Positions 28,038 through 38,928 of a stretch of DNA of 64,000 bases are shown here, piece by piece. Made by a program: the position numbers and the translations under genes. The notes beneath the pieces are model-generated. The model did not search any database, had not been told where the DNA came from, and worked only from the letters and a program-made list of their open reading frames with translations. Each line of letters starts with the position of its first letter. The stretch's first letter is position 1. The stretch covers positions 19,656,001-19,720,000 of the forward strand of contig NC_087251.1 of assembly GCF_037042905.1 (NCBI RefSeq), in the 5' to 3' direction. This stretch comes from Lytechinus pictus (Eukaryota).

Positions 28038-28691
28038 GGGTCATATGCATAAACAAGTAGCTATTGCTCCAAGCACAAGCAATTGGTAGCCAAGCAAGAG
28101 ATCATGTCTCAGCAATTGCTTTATTTCATAACACTTTGCTAGTTCTTGAACCCTTTTCTTTTCCTTCAGAAAGCAATTGCTATCGTGCGAAGGCAACTCA
28201 CAGAAAAGGCAGGGCTCAAAAGCAAAGGTGATGCAGTGCAAATTACCGCTTCTTTCATATAACATCTTTTCCTAAGACGTGGTGTCAAACAAAGCTGTTT
28301 CTCTTAAACAAAATCATAATATTTGGCGTTTTGTTTGCACTTACTAGGAAGAAAACATGTACATGTAGGCTAGTCTACACCTTGGAGTTGTCTCTCAGGT
28401 GCATAAACGTGATTAAAAAACACGAACGCTCTGATCAAGAAAACGCCCAAGCTGCTCTGACGGAGCTTGAAAAAATCCAAGCATGTGCTCAAACACACAA
28501 GCAAATTGCTCGCTTTATGCATACTCTCTTAAGCAATAGCTTAATCGTCAAGGAAATGCTAGCAGTCAGTTAGCGATTGCTTGAACTTACTAGCAAAAGC
28601 ATTGGCTCGCTCATTTTTATGCATACGGAATCAAGCAAAAGTCAAACAAAAGCCTAGCAAAAGCAATTAATACTTTTTATGCATCTGACCC
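28038..28691. mobile_element. PIF/Harbinger-like MITE (3-bp TSD)
   Basis: AAT|GGGTCATATGCATAAA ... TTTATGCATCTGACCC|AAT, with internal agcaa/ttgct repeats. Confidence 0.7.
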
Positions 28692-29189
28692 AATAATTGT
28701 AATAAAGCACATGTTGACACAAAAATGTGGGGGGGGGGGGCGTCGTGGTGTTACTTTTTACAAATTGACCTAGCTGAAACGCTGAAAAGTTGGTTATTTG
28801 CAAATTCTCCACTCCTCTCATTTTCTTTACTCTAGTCTCTTCTCCCCTCTTTTTTCTGTTATTCTTTTTTTTTCTTTTTTTTTTCTCTCTTTCCTTTTTT
28901 GTGCAGCCAATAGGGGTCCCGATCGCATCGGCCTCCTGGATTTGTCCATTTACATTTCCTTTCCTTGTCTATTTTAATTGGTACAAGAGGAGATAAAGGC
29001 GTTTAGACACCGATTCACAATTTCGTCGTAAAATTAAATCGAATATTTCTAACCTTACACATTCATAATCTCTGCCAATTATTTTCTTTTTATATTAAAT
29101 TTATTACGATTAATTTCCCCCCTTGATTCTTTTTCATCTCTTTTCATTCATCCTTTCCTTTGTTTATTCGTACTTTCTTTTATGCTGTC

Positions 29190-29563
29190 TAAGGTTAGAA
29201 ACATGACTGCATATGGTGTTATGAAACATTACTTTTTAATATTTTTTCAACAATTAATTATTATAATACAAAAGAAGAGAAAATGAAGCTAGGATGCAAC
29301 AGGACCTTGCATTCGACATGCAGGCGCATGCAGACACCGGTCACGGTGGCTCAGTGGTGGAGCGTCCGCCTCATGAACGGGAGGTCGTGGGTTCGATCCT
29401 CGGTCGAGTCATACCAAAGACTTATAAAAATGGGACCTTCTGCCTTCTTGCTAGGCGCTCAGCATTTAGATTGGAGAAGGGTAATAATAACATTATTATG
29501 TTATGCAGGGCCCGCTGGTAGAACAGTTTCCTAACTGAAGTGGCTACCCTAGGTAAATAAAAC

Positions 29564-29595
<32 letters not shown>

Positions 29596-29937
29596 CTCTC
29601 TTCAATAATGGAAGGGGTAAGCCAGCAACATGGGATGGAGGGCCGTGTCCATGGTATCAGCACGGCATTCCCCCCTCTTTGTTTTTTTCTTTTCCACCAT
29701 TATCATTCTTCAAGTTTCCGTTTCCCTTTCACTTATTCTTCTTCTGTTTGTATTTTTTTAAGGGGGAAGCAAGTCCATCTCGCCCTGGGTCTGCATGCGC
29801 CTGCATGTCGAATGCAAGGTCCTGTTGCATCCTAGCTTCATTTTCTCTTCTTCTTTTGTATTATAATCATTAATTGTTGAAAAATTATTAAAAAGTAATG
29901 TTTCATAACACCATATGCAGTCATGTTTCTAACCTTA
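29190..29937. mobile_element. TIR element with ~146-bp near-perfect arms, interrupted by a SINE
   Basis: 29190-29335 (taaggttagaaacatgactgc...gcgcatgcagac) is the reverse complement of ~29789-29937. Superfamily uncertain. Confidence 0.85.
29336..29594 (+). mobile_element. tRNA-derived SINE
   Basis: Pol III A box TGGCTCAGTGG (~29347) and B box GGTTCGATCC (~29390), tRNA-like head with CAT in the anticodon position, non-tRNA body, AATAAA and a (TTA)n tail. Confidence 0.9.
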
Positions 29938-30367
29938 CATTAGTTTAAAAATTCAAGATTCGAGATAATTTATTGTCATGTATAAACATGAACAAAAGTT
30001 TGCTTTCGGTATATAAAAAGTGAATACAACATTATACCCTGACATGCAAGCTTTCCTTCATAGACTCAGTCCCCGTTTTACCCCCCCCCCCCTATTCCCC
30101 CTTTTTAATTCTCTTTCATTTTTATTTTTCTCTTGTTCTCTCTTTCTTTTTCTACCATTTCTCTCATTTTCTCTTCCTTTTCGTCCCCTCCCATGTTTTT
30201 TTTTTTCAATTTGGGGCAAGGCCCCTCGGCCCCACGGATCCGCACCTCGATAAACCGCATTTCGTTGATAAGATATTACATAACTATGATGAAAAGATGT
30301 ATTTTGTTCTCACTCGTTCGTTTCAGACATGGATGGCACAAATAAATGATGGATGCAATTTGATTAG

Positions 30368-33300
30368 TAGTCAGGTCCAGATTTGAGAAAAGTAGACTGC
30401 CTTAGGCAAATCGTGTTAATGCTGAATTAAGAAGTGTTTTCACATAATTCGAGGGCGCTGAGTCCGAATATGTTGTTTGCCAACCTTAAATGCCATTCTA
30501 CAACTTTTTGCTCCATTTTGACCCCCAAACTTGCAACAATAATGTTTTTCAATTGTTTTTGGTACTATTTGATGTCAGGAATAACAAACTAAAAATTTAT
30601 CAGAATCCGCATCCGTGAAAGTGGTTATTTTCAAAAGGGCGTCTAAGATGGCCGCCATTCACTGAAAATTAACACATCCAACTCTTTATCCACCTTAGAC
30701 TTCCATTTTCGATGCATATTCAATGGTGTAGGGGGTAAAAGGTCTACTGATACAGGTAGAGTGAACATAAGCACGCCAGGGTACCTGGAAATCCAAGATG
30801 GCGTCCAAAATGGCTGCCATAGCCTAAAAATTCACAATTTATCTATTACCTAATTGAGTGTCTTTAATTTGGGTTTTATTCAATAGTGGTTTTAAGGGTC
30901 GAGTAGTTAATTGGGGCAAGTTACAAGGATAGTCAGCGATCCACTATGTCCAAAAATCCAAGATGGCTTTCAAAATCCGAGCCTAAAATGGCTGTTGTTA
31001 TCTAAAAACCGACATAGTTTGTTTAATATCCACCTGGAAAATATGATATTGGTGTCTAATCCACGGTTTAAATGGTCAAGTAATACGTTGGGACAAGTTA
31101 CAAGGACAGTCATTGGTCCTGTATGTCCAAAAATCCAAGATGGTTTGCAAAAATGGAGTCTCAAATGTATGTCGTTAAGTTAAAATCGACACAGTTTGTT
31201 TAATAACCGTCTAGAGAATATGCTTTTGGTGTATAACCTGTGGTTCGAAGGGTCAAATATTACATTGGGACAAGTTACAAGGACAGTCAGTGGTTCCAGT
31301 ATGTCCAAAAATCCAAGATGGCTTCCAAAATTGGAGTTTACAATGACTGTTGTTACCAAATAACTGACATAGATTGTTTAATATCTGCCTGGGGTATATG
31401 ATTATGTTGTCTATAACCCTTTGTTTAAATGGTCAAGTTATACGTTGGGACAAGTTTCGACAGTCAGTGGTCATGTATGTCCAAAAATCCAAGATGGTTT
31501 ACAAAAATGGAGTCTCAAATGTCTGTCGTTAAGTTAAAACCGACACAGTTTGTTTCATATCCGCCTGGGGTATATGATTTTGGTGTTTAATCCATGGTTT
31601 AAAGGGTCAAGTAATACATTAGGGCAAGTTGCAAGGACAGTCAGTGGTCCACCATGTCCAAAAATTAAAGATGGTTTCCAAAAATTGAGTCTAATATGGT
31701 TGTTGTCAAAATTGGAGTTTACAATGACTGTTGTCACCTAAAAACTGACATAGATTGTTTAATATCTGCCTGGGGTATATGATTATGTTGTCTAACCCTT
31801 TGTTTAAAGCTTCAAGCAATACATCATGTACATTAGGATAAGTTACAAGGACAGTCAGTGGTCCTGTATGTCCAAAAATCCAAGATGGCTTCAGAAAAAG
31901 GAGTCAAAGATGGCTGCTGTTACTTAATAATGGGCATAGTTCATTTAGAATCCACCCGGGAGATATAAGTTTGGTGTCTACCCTATGGTTTCAATGGTTA
32001 AATAATACTTTTGGATTAGTTACATTGGCATGAAGCAGTCCATTTTGCCTAAAACCTCAAAGCTATTGTGGTTTGAAGGCTCAAATAATGCATCGGGACA
32101 AGTAATAAGGATGGTCAAAATTTTATATTTTTTTCAAAAATAGAAATCCAAAGTGACTTCTAATATTGTGTAAAATGGCTGCTGTTCCCTACTCATGAAA
32201 CCTTAGAATAGTTCTTAGCACTAAAATGATGTGTCTTGAAGTACTTATCAGCTTTTTTAACGGTACTTTTTAAGTAAAAGTGTACCTCATCTTTAAAGTT
32301 TATTTTTTCAGGTTTTTACACCACCGCCTAATTTTGTACCTTGTAACACTTATTTCAAGAGCCTTAAAAACATAGCAGAGACACCAAAATAATGGTTCTA
32401 CATGGAATAATATAAATTATGAAGTATTGCCATTTTCGTATCAATGGTGGCCAATCTGAATGCAATTATGCGAGCCTTCTTCAATTTTTGGACAACAGCG
32501 TATCCCTGTAATACGTCTTAACCTATATTATTTGACCCTTGAAATCATGGGAAAGATACAAAAATGTCTTTAGGTAGACAGCATCTGCACTTTGCATCCA
32601 CTTTTTTTTTTAAGAAACAGCAACCATTTTTGAAATCATCATGCATTTTTTGACAATCTGCACTACTGACAAATCTTGAAACTTTTCCAATGTATATGAT
32701 TTTTCCCTTGGAACCATTATCTTTTTCTTTTTTTTGGTAGAGTCTCCAAATTGTTTACCAGGTGGATATTATATCAATTTGGACTTTTTAAAAGTTACAA
32801 TGTCCTTTATTGACGCCATTTTGGAAGGTAATCTTGGATTCTCTGACACACTCACTGACTATCTTGTAAACATGTCCTGATACATTTTTGCCTTGAAAGC
32901 TTTTTAATATAAACTAATTTGTTGACGCTGCAGCAAGCAATAGATTATTTTAATATTTGGAGTTGATAGTACAACGACTGCCGTTTTGGACGCCACCTTG
33001 GATTTCCAGGTTCCCTGGACGACATTTTTTAAGCTATAATCTGTCTCAATAGATTTTGTTTAACCCTAAGTTTCATGAAATAGATACTTATACCCTAAAA
33101 GTTATGACATTTTAAAAACTTAACCTCGGTTAAGATTTTATGTTGACTTCGCCGCCGCTAAAGTCATTGCCGCCGTCAGATAGGCGACGTCCATATCTTG
33201 CTTCTGCTATGCAGGCAAGGAAAATCGGCGAACATTGAGTAAATGTTATGATGTGATTTTGCCAGCATCTCCCAAAAATTTTCAAACATTTGGCCATATA

Positions 33301-33659
33301 TCATTTGTCAATCAGCAGTTGTGATTCACGGCAGCCATCTTGGAATTAAAGATGGCTGACGAATCAATCAATCGGATGCTTTATGTTTGCAACCCTTGGT
33401 ATCAATAATATAGCATAGAACCAAATTTCTGAAATATAATCACCTATAGAAATTGTTTAATAGGGAAAACCGCATTCAAAATGCCGCCATTTTGTTTTTT
33501 GCCAATTTGACGATGAAAACGTCGGAATCAAGTTTGGCAAACAGCATTTTTGGATTCAGCGCCCTTGAATTACCCTAAAACGATTGATAAATCAGCATTA
33601 ACACAAAATGCCTAAAGAACTTTTTTCTGAGCACATTTTTGAAAATCTGGACCTGACTA
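30368..33659. mobile_element. Non-autonomous Academ-like DNA transposon (3.3 kb)
   Basis: TAG|TAGTCAGGTCCAGATTT ... AAATCTGGACCTGACTA|TAG. TAG...CTA termini with a 3-bp TSD are characteristic of Academ. Imperfect TIR homology continues inward (ttaggca..gtgttaatgctga / tcagcattaacac..tgccta). No transposase ORF. Confidence 0.75.
30785..32200 (+). repeat. Internal ~178-bp tandem repeat array (~7-8 diverged units)
   Basis: The anchor aaatccaagatgg, or a close variant, recurs at ~30790, 30953, 31131, 31309, 31485, 31662 and 31875, with a degenerate copy at ~32145. Confidence 0.9.
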
Positions 33660-33681
33660 TAGAAAGAAAAGGAAATCTTAA

Positions 33682-34450
33682 TCCAATCTAGGCCGGGGGA
33701 GGGGGGGGGGGGCTCCTAGGCCCCCCTCAACGATTCGCGCAATATTTTCGCCGCGTGAAATTTTTTGACCGCGCCGCTCGCTGACTTTTTACTTTCAAGT
33801 CTTGTGGAACTTTTGAGACCGATTTTGCGTCACCCGGGTACGTGGTTCCGAAATTACGCAACATTATGTTAGTGCATGTCAGACCAAAAATTGCTCAAAA
33901 ACGTGATTTTGTGTACAAAGTCAATGCAAATTGTGTTTTCAACCAAAAATCATAAATGTATGATTATTTTTAGTTTTGCTGGTCTAAATGTATTTATTCT
34001 ATGCCGTTTATGATCTCAGAAGAGTCCCAAACTAATTTCATTGAAAAAACAATGAAAAACAATAGGTCAAAAAACAAAGAAATACATAAGAGATTGCAAA
34101 AACAATATAATACATAGGAAAATGGATTGATATCGCAATTATGTTCATGTACACTTGCTAAGAACACCACAAAGAGTTTCTATACCAAAAATAGAACATT
34201 TGGAGCTTTATTTAGGGAGTTAGAGGAAAAAGTATGATTTCGCATACTAATTACGCATAAATTAGCATAATCACTTAATAGCGATTCGCATGAAATAAAT
34301 TACTATACAATTTTGTAGATTATGTCCCAGACAACCCGCATGCCAATTTTCGGCGCGATCGCGCGGTCGACGGCCGAGATCTCAAGGGGGACCTGGGAGC
34401 CCCCCTCCCCCGGCCATATGAACTCCCAAAATACCCCGGCCTAGATAGGG
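33682..34450. mobile_element. piggyBac-like MITE
   Basis: TTAA|TCCAATCTAGGCCGGGG ... CCCCGGCCTAGATAGGG|TTAA. A related element lies at 60661-61144 (shared cgcgatcgcg and tcttatgtatttct motifs, in opposite orientation). Confidence 0.75.
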
Positions 34451-34734
34451 TTAAACATGGTCTTTGTAGTCGAAAAATGTTTTAAAATAACGTATTTTCA
34501 TGAAGATATTTTTTAGTTTCGCCTGCTCTCGAGTCGGACTTAATAGCAAAATGAAGGTTTCTTTAAAAACACCCCAACCCCCAATTGTCCCCTAAATCTA
34601 TAGAAAATATATGAAATATATTTTTTCTTGGAGTATTCACAGGTTGTCCAAAAAATTATCCGAATTGTCCTAGTCCTTGATTTCACCACTCGTGACGTTG
34701 TCCTAAATGTGTCCGGTTCTGTCCTTACATGATC

Positions 34735-35247
34735 TGCATACTGTCCGCGCCAAACGCCGAAAATTTTATTCAGATATTCCTGTCCTAGGACATTCCCGGG
34801 AATGTCCTACACTGTCAGAAAATTTATCATTAAAATAAAAGAAGTTCCTGCAGCAGAGTCTCGAGAACACCTGTAATCTTACCAGATTGCGTAATCTTAC
34901 AGGAAATTGGTATTTGGTGTATGGAACCTTCCAAATTTTCTTTAATAAAACACCCTTTTCCCCTTTTTAGACCAGTTCTGTTAAATTGCCCAAAAAAATC
35001 CTGTTTTATGAATTTACAGATAATTCTGTTATTGCTTTTTGCAAAATCTTCTTTCTTTTTTTCTGTAAAATCAGGTGTTTTTTTTTAAACAGTGTAGGAC
35101 AATACGCAGACAGTCCTGGTCGTGTCCTAGGACAAGAACATTTGAATAATCTTTTTCGGGATTTGGCGCGGACAGCATGCCGAAATGACAAAAGTTGCTT
35201 CCGCAACCCTTCCTGATCTTGTCCGCGCCCTATAGTGGAAAACTGCC
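34735..35247. mobile_element. Palindromic MITE remnant with a nested CACT-terminated (EnSpm-like) MITE at ~34810-35094
   Basis: Outer inverted repeat ctgtccgcgccaaa...tgtcctaggaca / tgtcctaggaca...tttggcgcggacag. Inner TA|CACTGT...ACAGTG|TA. Confidence 0.6.
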
Positions 35248-35251
35248 TTAA

Positions 35252-35739
35252 AGGGGAGGTTTACCTTGACAAAATGTTTGTAGTAAAAATGAAAAAAATA
35301 TAAAAGTTTATTGGCGAAGGTTTGAGGAGAATCCATCAAAGATTAAGAAAGTTATTAGAATTTTCAGTTTGTTGATACGTGATCATATGCTGCCACATAT
35401 GTTATGTGATGTAATTGCATAAATTTCAGTTTTTCAATGGTCCATGATGACAAACATATTTTTTCTTCTAGGAGCAGATGTGACATGATTTGTCTGTTTA
35501 TATACTGAAGGAACAATAAAAACCATTTTCATTTTTTTGGGAGAAAATAATAATCTATATATATTTCTAATTTATGATATATGGAAAGCTGCTCGCCTAT
35601 GATGTCATATATAAAAAAATAAACTTCTTATTACTTTTTTAATCTTTTATGGATTTTCCTCAAACCTTCACAAGTGTTGTTTTCATTATTTTTTCTGCTT
35701 TTTTTTGCAATACATTTTCTGCTGGGGAGAAATTTCCCT
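35252..35739. mobile_element. Kolobok-like MITE
   Basis: TTAA|AGGGGAGGTTTACC ... GGAGAAATTTCCCT|TTAA, with internal arms gaaggtttgaggagaatccat / atggattttcctcaaaccttc. Confidence 0.7.
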
Positions 35740-36699
35740 TTAACCTTTACATTTCTTTGTCTTTCTTATTACTATTATGATCATTATTGCTATCATGATT
35801 TGAAAAGCAGCTGTATTCAATTCCCTCCCTTATCCTTGAATGAGTGAATTTATTACACTTGTAAGTCTTCTCATTCTTGTACAAGAATAAAGTAGTTTGA
35901 GGTTTACAATGCCTCATTTTTAGAGGGTTTACAAGATTACTAGCAAAGTTATTAATAACTTTGTGTGTTTGGAAGTCACCTCCGTCACTACTGTTTTCTT
36001 TTTATGTTTAACCATAAACAATAATTGATGCATTTCAGGGCTTCAGCCATATAGTTTATGACCAGCAATGAATTTTCACTCTGGTGCAATTATTAGATTC
36101 CGCCAGTGCCTTCTTCATTAAGGGAAAGTGTAGATATAGAGTAAAGCCATCAAAGCTCAAAGAGAGTCGTAAAATTTACCCTTACCATAATTATATTCGT
36201 ATACCAAAGGCATATTCGTATACCAAAGGTCACAAGATCTTTCTTTTTCATTCTATTCGTGCTTTTTTTTATTATTATCCCCTTTGCTTTCTTTCTCCTC
36301 ACTTTCCCCCTTTTTACTAATTGAAAAATCATGGAGAGGAGGCTGTCTCTGTCCTGTATAGGGTCTTCCCTGTTTCAAGAAATTGTGTAAAGAAGTCCGT
36401 TTGGCTCTTACGTCACTGGCAGGCAAGGGTTTCTTTCCGGACTTTTCGCAGGACGACGGGAACGGACCTTTACGACGGTACTTGATTTTGGAAGAGACTC
36501 TTGCATGCCCGTCGTAAGAGACTATCCTGCAAGGCAAGTTGTGTGACATGAGAATTTGTTTACTTTTCGCATCCACAACGGAAACATTCAATCAGCAGTT
36601 CGTGTGCAAAATTCTGGTTGCTACTATGATAACAGCGACATATCAGATTTAGGACGAGTTTCCAGAGCCACATTTTGTTTCTCCTAGCAATCGAGGTAG

Positions 36700-37197
36700 C
36701 CGCGGGTGGGGGGGGGGGCACTTCCATTGACGAGTGCATAACTGGCGCGACCAAAGAAACGCGTAAAAAAGGATCTCTTTCAAGATTGGGCACGTTACGT
36801 AGGTAACGTAAGCATGGTAATAAGGGTGTAAAAAACGCTAAAATACTGAAAAAAGGTTATATGTTTCGCTAGGAAAGCTACGTTTTTACGGTCAAATTTG
36901 CGAGGGTATTGAAAATACTAAAATACCTTCTTTAAGGATGTACTTTTTGCCCCAACACTATTGTTTAGGGTCCGATTTGAGCGAGGTGTGGGAGGTGGGG
37001 CGGTACTAATCCCAGCGTAAGTAACGGTAAAGCCGACGTCAGTGATCAATATCGCTTTACTTCTTTAGGGGGTCAAGTCAAGGAATACTTGCCAAGGGTA
37101 TCGTTTTGTTCCAATACTTGTTAAGGGTAGGGTTTTACACGCCGATACTTGTTAAGTGTTGCATTTTCTGAATATGGAAAATACTTGTTCCCCCCGG
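36700..37197. mobile_element. MITE with CC(C/G)GGG-G-rich termini
   Basis: ccgcgggtggggggggggcact ... acttgttcccccgg, with internal aagggta repeats; absent from duplication copy 2. Confidence 0.55.
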
Positions 37198-38577
37198 AAT
37201 TTGAAATCTAACCCCCCACGGGGCATATGTCCTTCACATTGTGCGCAAAAGTACTTGCTGTTTGTGTTGAAGAAGCCAGCAAAAGAAAAAAAACACAACA
37301 AATTCGGATCGTTTTCAGACAGACTGTGCTGTGCAGATATCAACGCATGCGAAATGGTTTAGCGGGAGAGGTGAATATGACCAGCAATCCACCAATAATC
37401 AATGTTAGATGCAACATCGATTCGATGGACTGTCAATATGTAATGAATGCCTAAGCTTTAATTCAGTAAGTTTTTTTTTCACTTAATAAATTGTACTCGA
37501 TTTGTTTGGAAAACCACTTTCTTATCACACCATATGTAGGCCTAGGCGCTTCTCATGACATCTCCAGTCCAGCGGCCGGAGTCTCGGGGTCACAGGCGGG
37601 TATGTTGCGTGAGCAGTCGTACGTGAGAGCACGGGATTTTCTCATCTCACAACTTGTGGTTACACGGGCCTAATTACATCTGGCAGGCAAAAAGATATTC
37701 ATTCGAGCCAACCCATTCTCAATTTTTTTATTTGATATTGCTGAATGACAAAATTGAATGAATATGATTGACAATCTTACACTGATTCTAGGAAGAGTAA
37801 CTACTGAACTTTTTTTTTCCAAATTGGGAAGATAGATCACCACTTTGGAACTATTTTTTATTGGCGGAAGAATTAGGGCCATTTTACTGTCTCAAGAGAT
37901 GAATTTGATCCTGTCAGGTGTAGACCTCATAAATACCGATTTGTTTTTAAAATGAGCCGGTCGAGGTACCCTTTTCTGGTCAGATATGGAATGTCAGACA
38001 TATATCCTATCCACTGGTGGTAAACATTCATTCCTCGAATTTCCTCCTTATTTTTTATGATTTTTTTTAAGTGCCACTTTAACACTCGAGTCTATGGAAA
38101 ATGTCTTAGGCCTGTGATACCTTTAGAATATATCGCTGTATAACATACATGTAGTATAATTTAGCAAGAATTTTGCACACGAACCGCAGATCTAATGTTG
38201 CCGTACTAGAGGTTGCAAAAGGTGCCTATTATAAGCTTTTAGGAAATAAAAACGTGCTTCGCCATATTCGCACGAGAGGTGATTGTTCGGCCATAATAAC
38301 AAGACTGATTTTTTTTACGCAGATCTCAAGACTGTAATGATGTACCGATGGGTGAGAAAACTACATTTGAATATTACTATTAGTAATGAATTCTATAAAA
38401 CAATATTATTAGAGAAAAAGTATGAGTATTAGTGTATTGGTAGCAGTAGTAGTGGCAGAAGCAGTTGTTGTAGTAGGAGTAGTAATATAGTAGTAGCAGA
38501 AGTAGTAGTATTAGTAGCACTAGCAGTATCAAAAGTTGTAGTAGTAGTTGCTGTTGAAGTAGTAGTAGTAGTATCAG

Positions 38578-38614
<37 letters not shown>

Positions 38615-38643
38615 AAGCAGCAGTAGCTGAGTAATATAATAAC

Positions 38644-38928
38644 GTGTGGGCGTCATGGTCTTATGGTTACGACTGACGTCTGTCAATCAGAGGGACGTGG
38701 GTTCGAATCCCAGCCATGGCGTCTTTTTCTTCAGCAAGAAATTATCCCACATTGTGCTGCACTCGACCATAGTGAGGTGAATATGTATTTATTCCTTGGC
38801 GCTTTAGCGCCGATATAGCTGCACATCTACGGCCAGAGTACCGATAACCACATATTTATCAAAGCACAGTTGAGTCTATGCACATTGCAACAGCGCTATA
38901 TAAATTGACATGTTATTATTATTATTAT
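38644..38928 (+). mobile_element. tRNA-derived SINE with L2-like 3' tail
   Basis: A-box-like TGGTCTTATGG (~38656), B box GGTTCGAATCC (~38700), central cttcagcaagaaatt...tgctgcactcgacc domain, ending gcgctatataaa...(TTA)n. Inserted in an (AGT)n tract and absent from duplication copy 2. Confidence 0.85.

Noticed and set aside
29338..29410. tRNA-Met gene (CAT anticodon)
   Set aside because: The acceptor stem is imperfect and the sequence runs straight into a SINE body and (TTA)n tail, so it is a SINE head. The same applies to the heads at 38644 and 55913.
36253..37454. ORFs 36253-36591(-) and 37227-37454(+) as a gene inside the duplication
   Set aside because: There is no recognisable domain or consistent splice structure, and the region is mostly absent or degenerate in the second copy.
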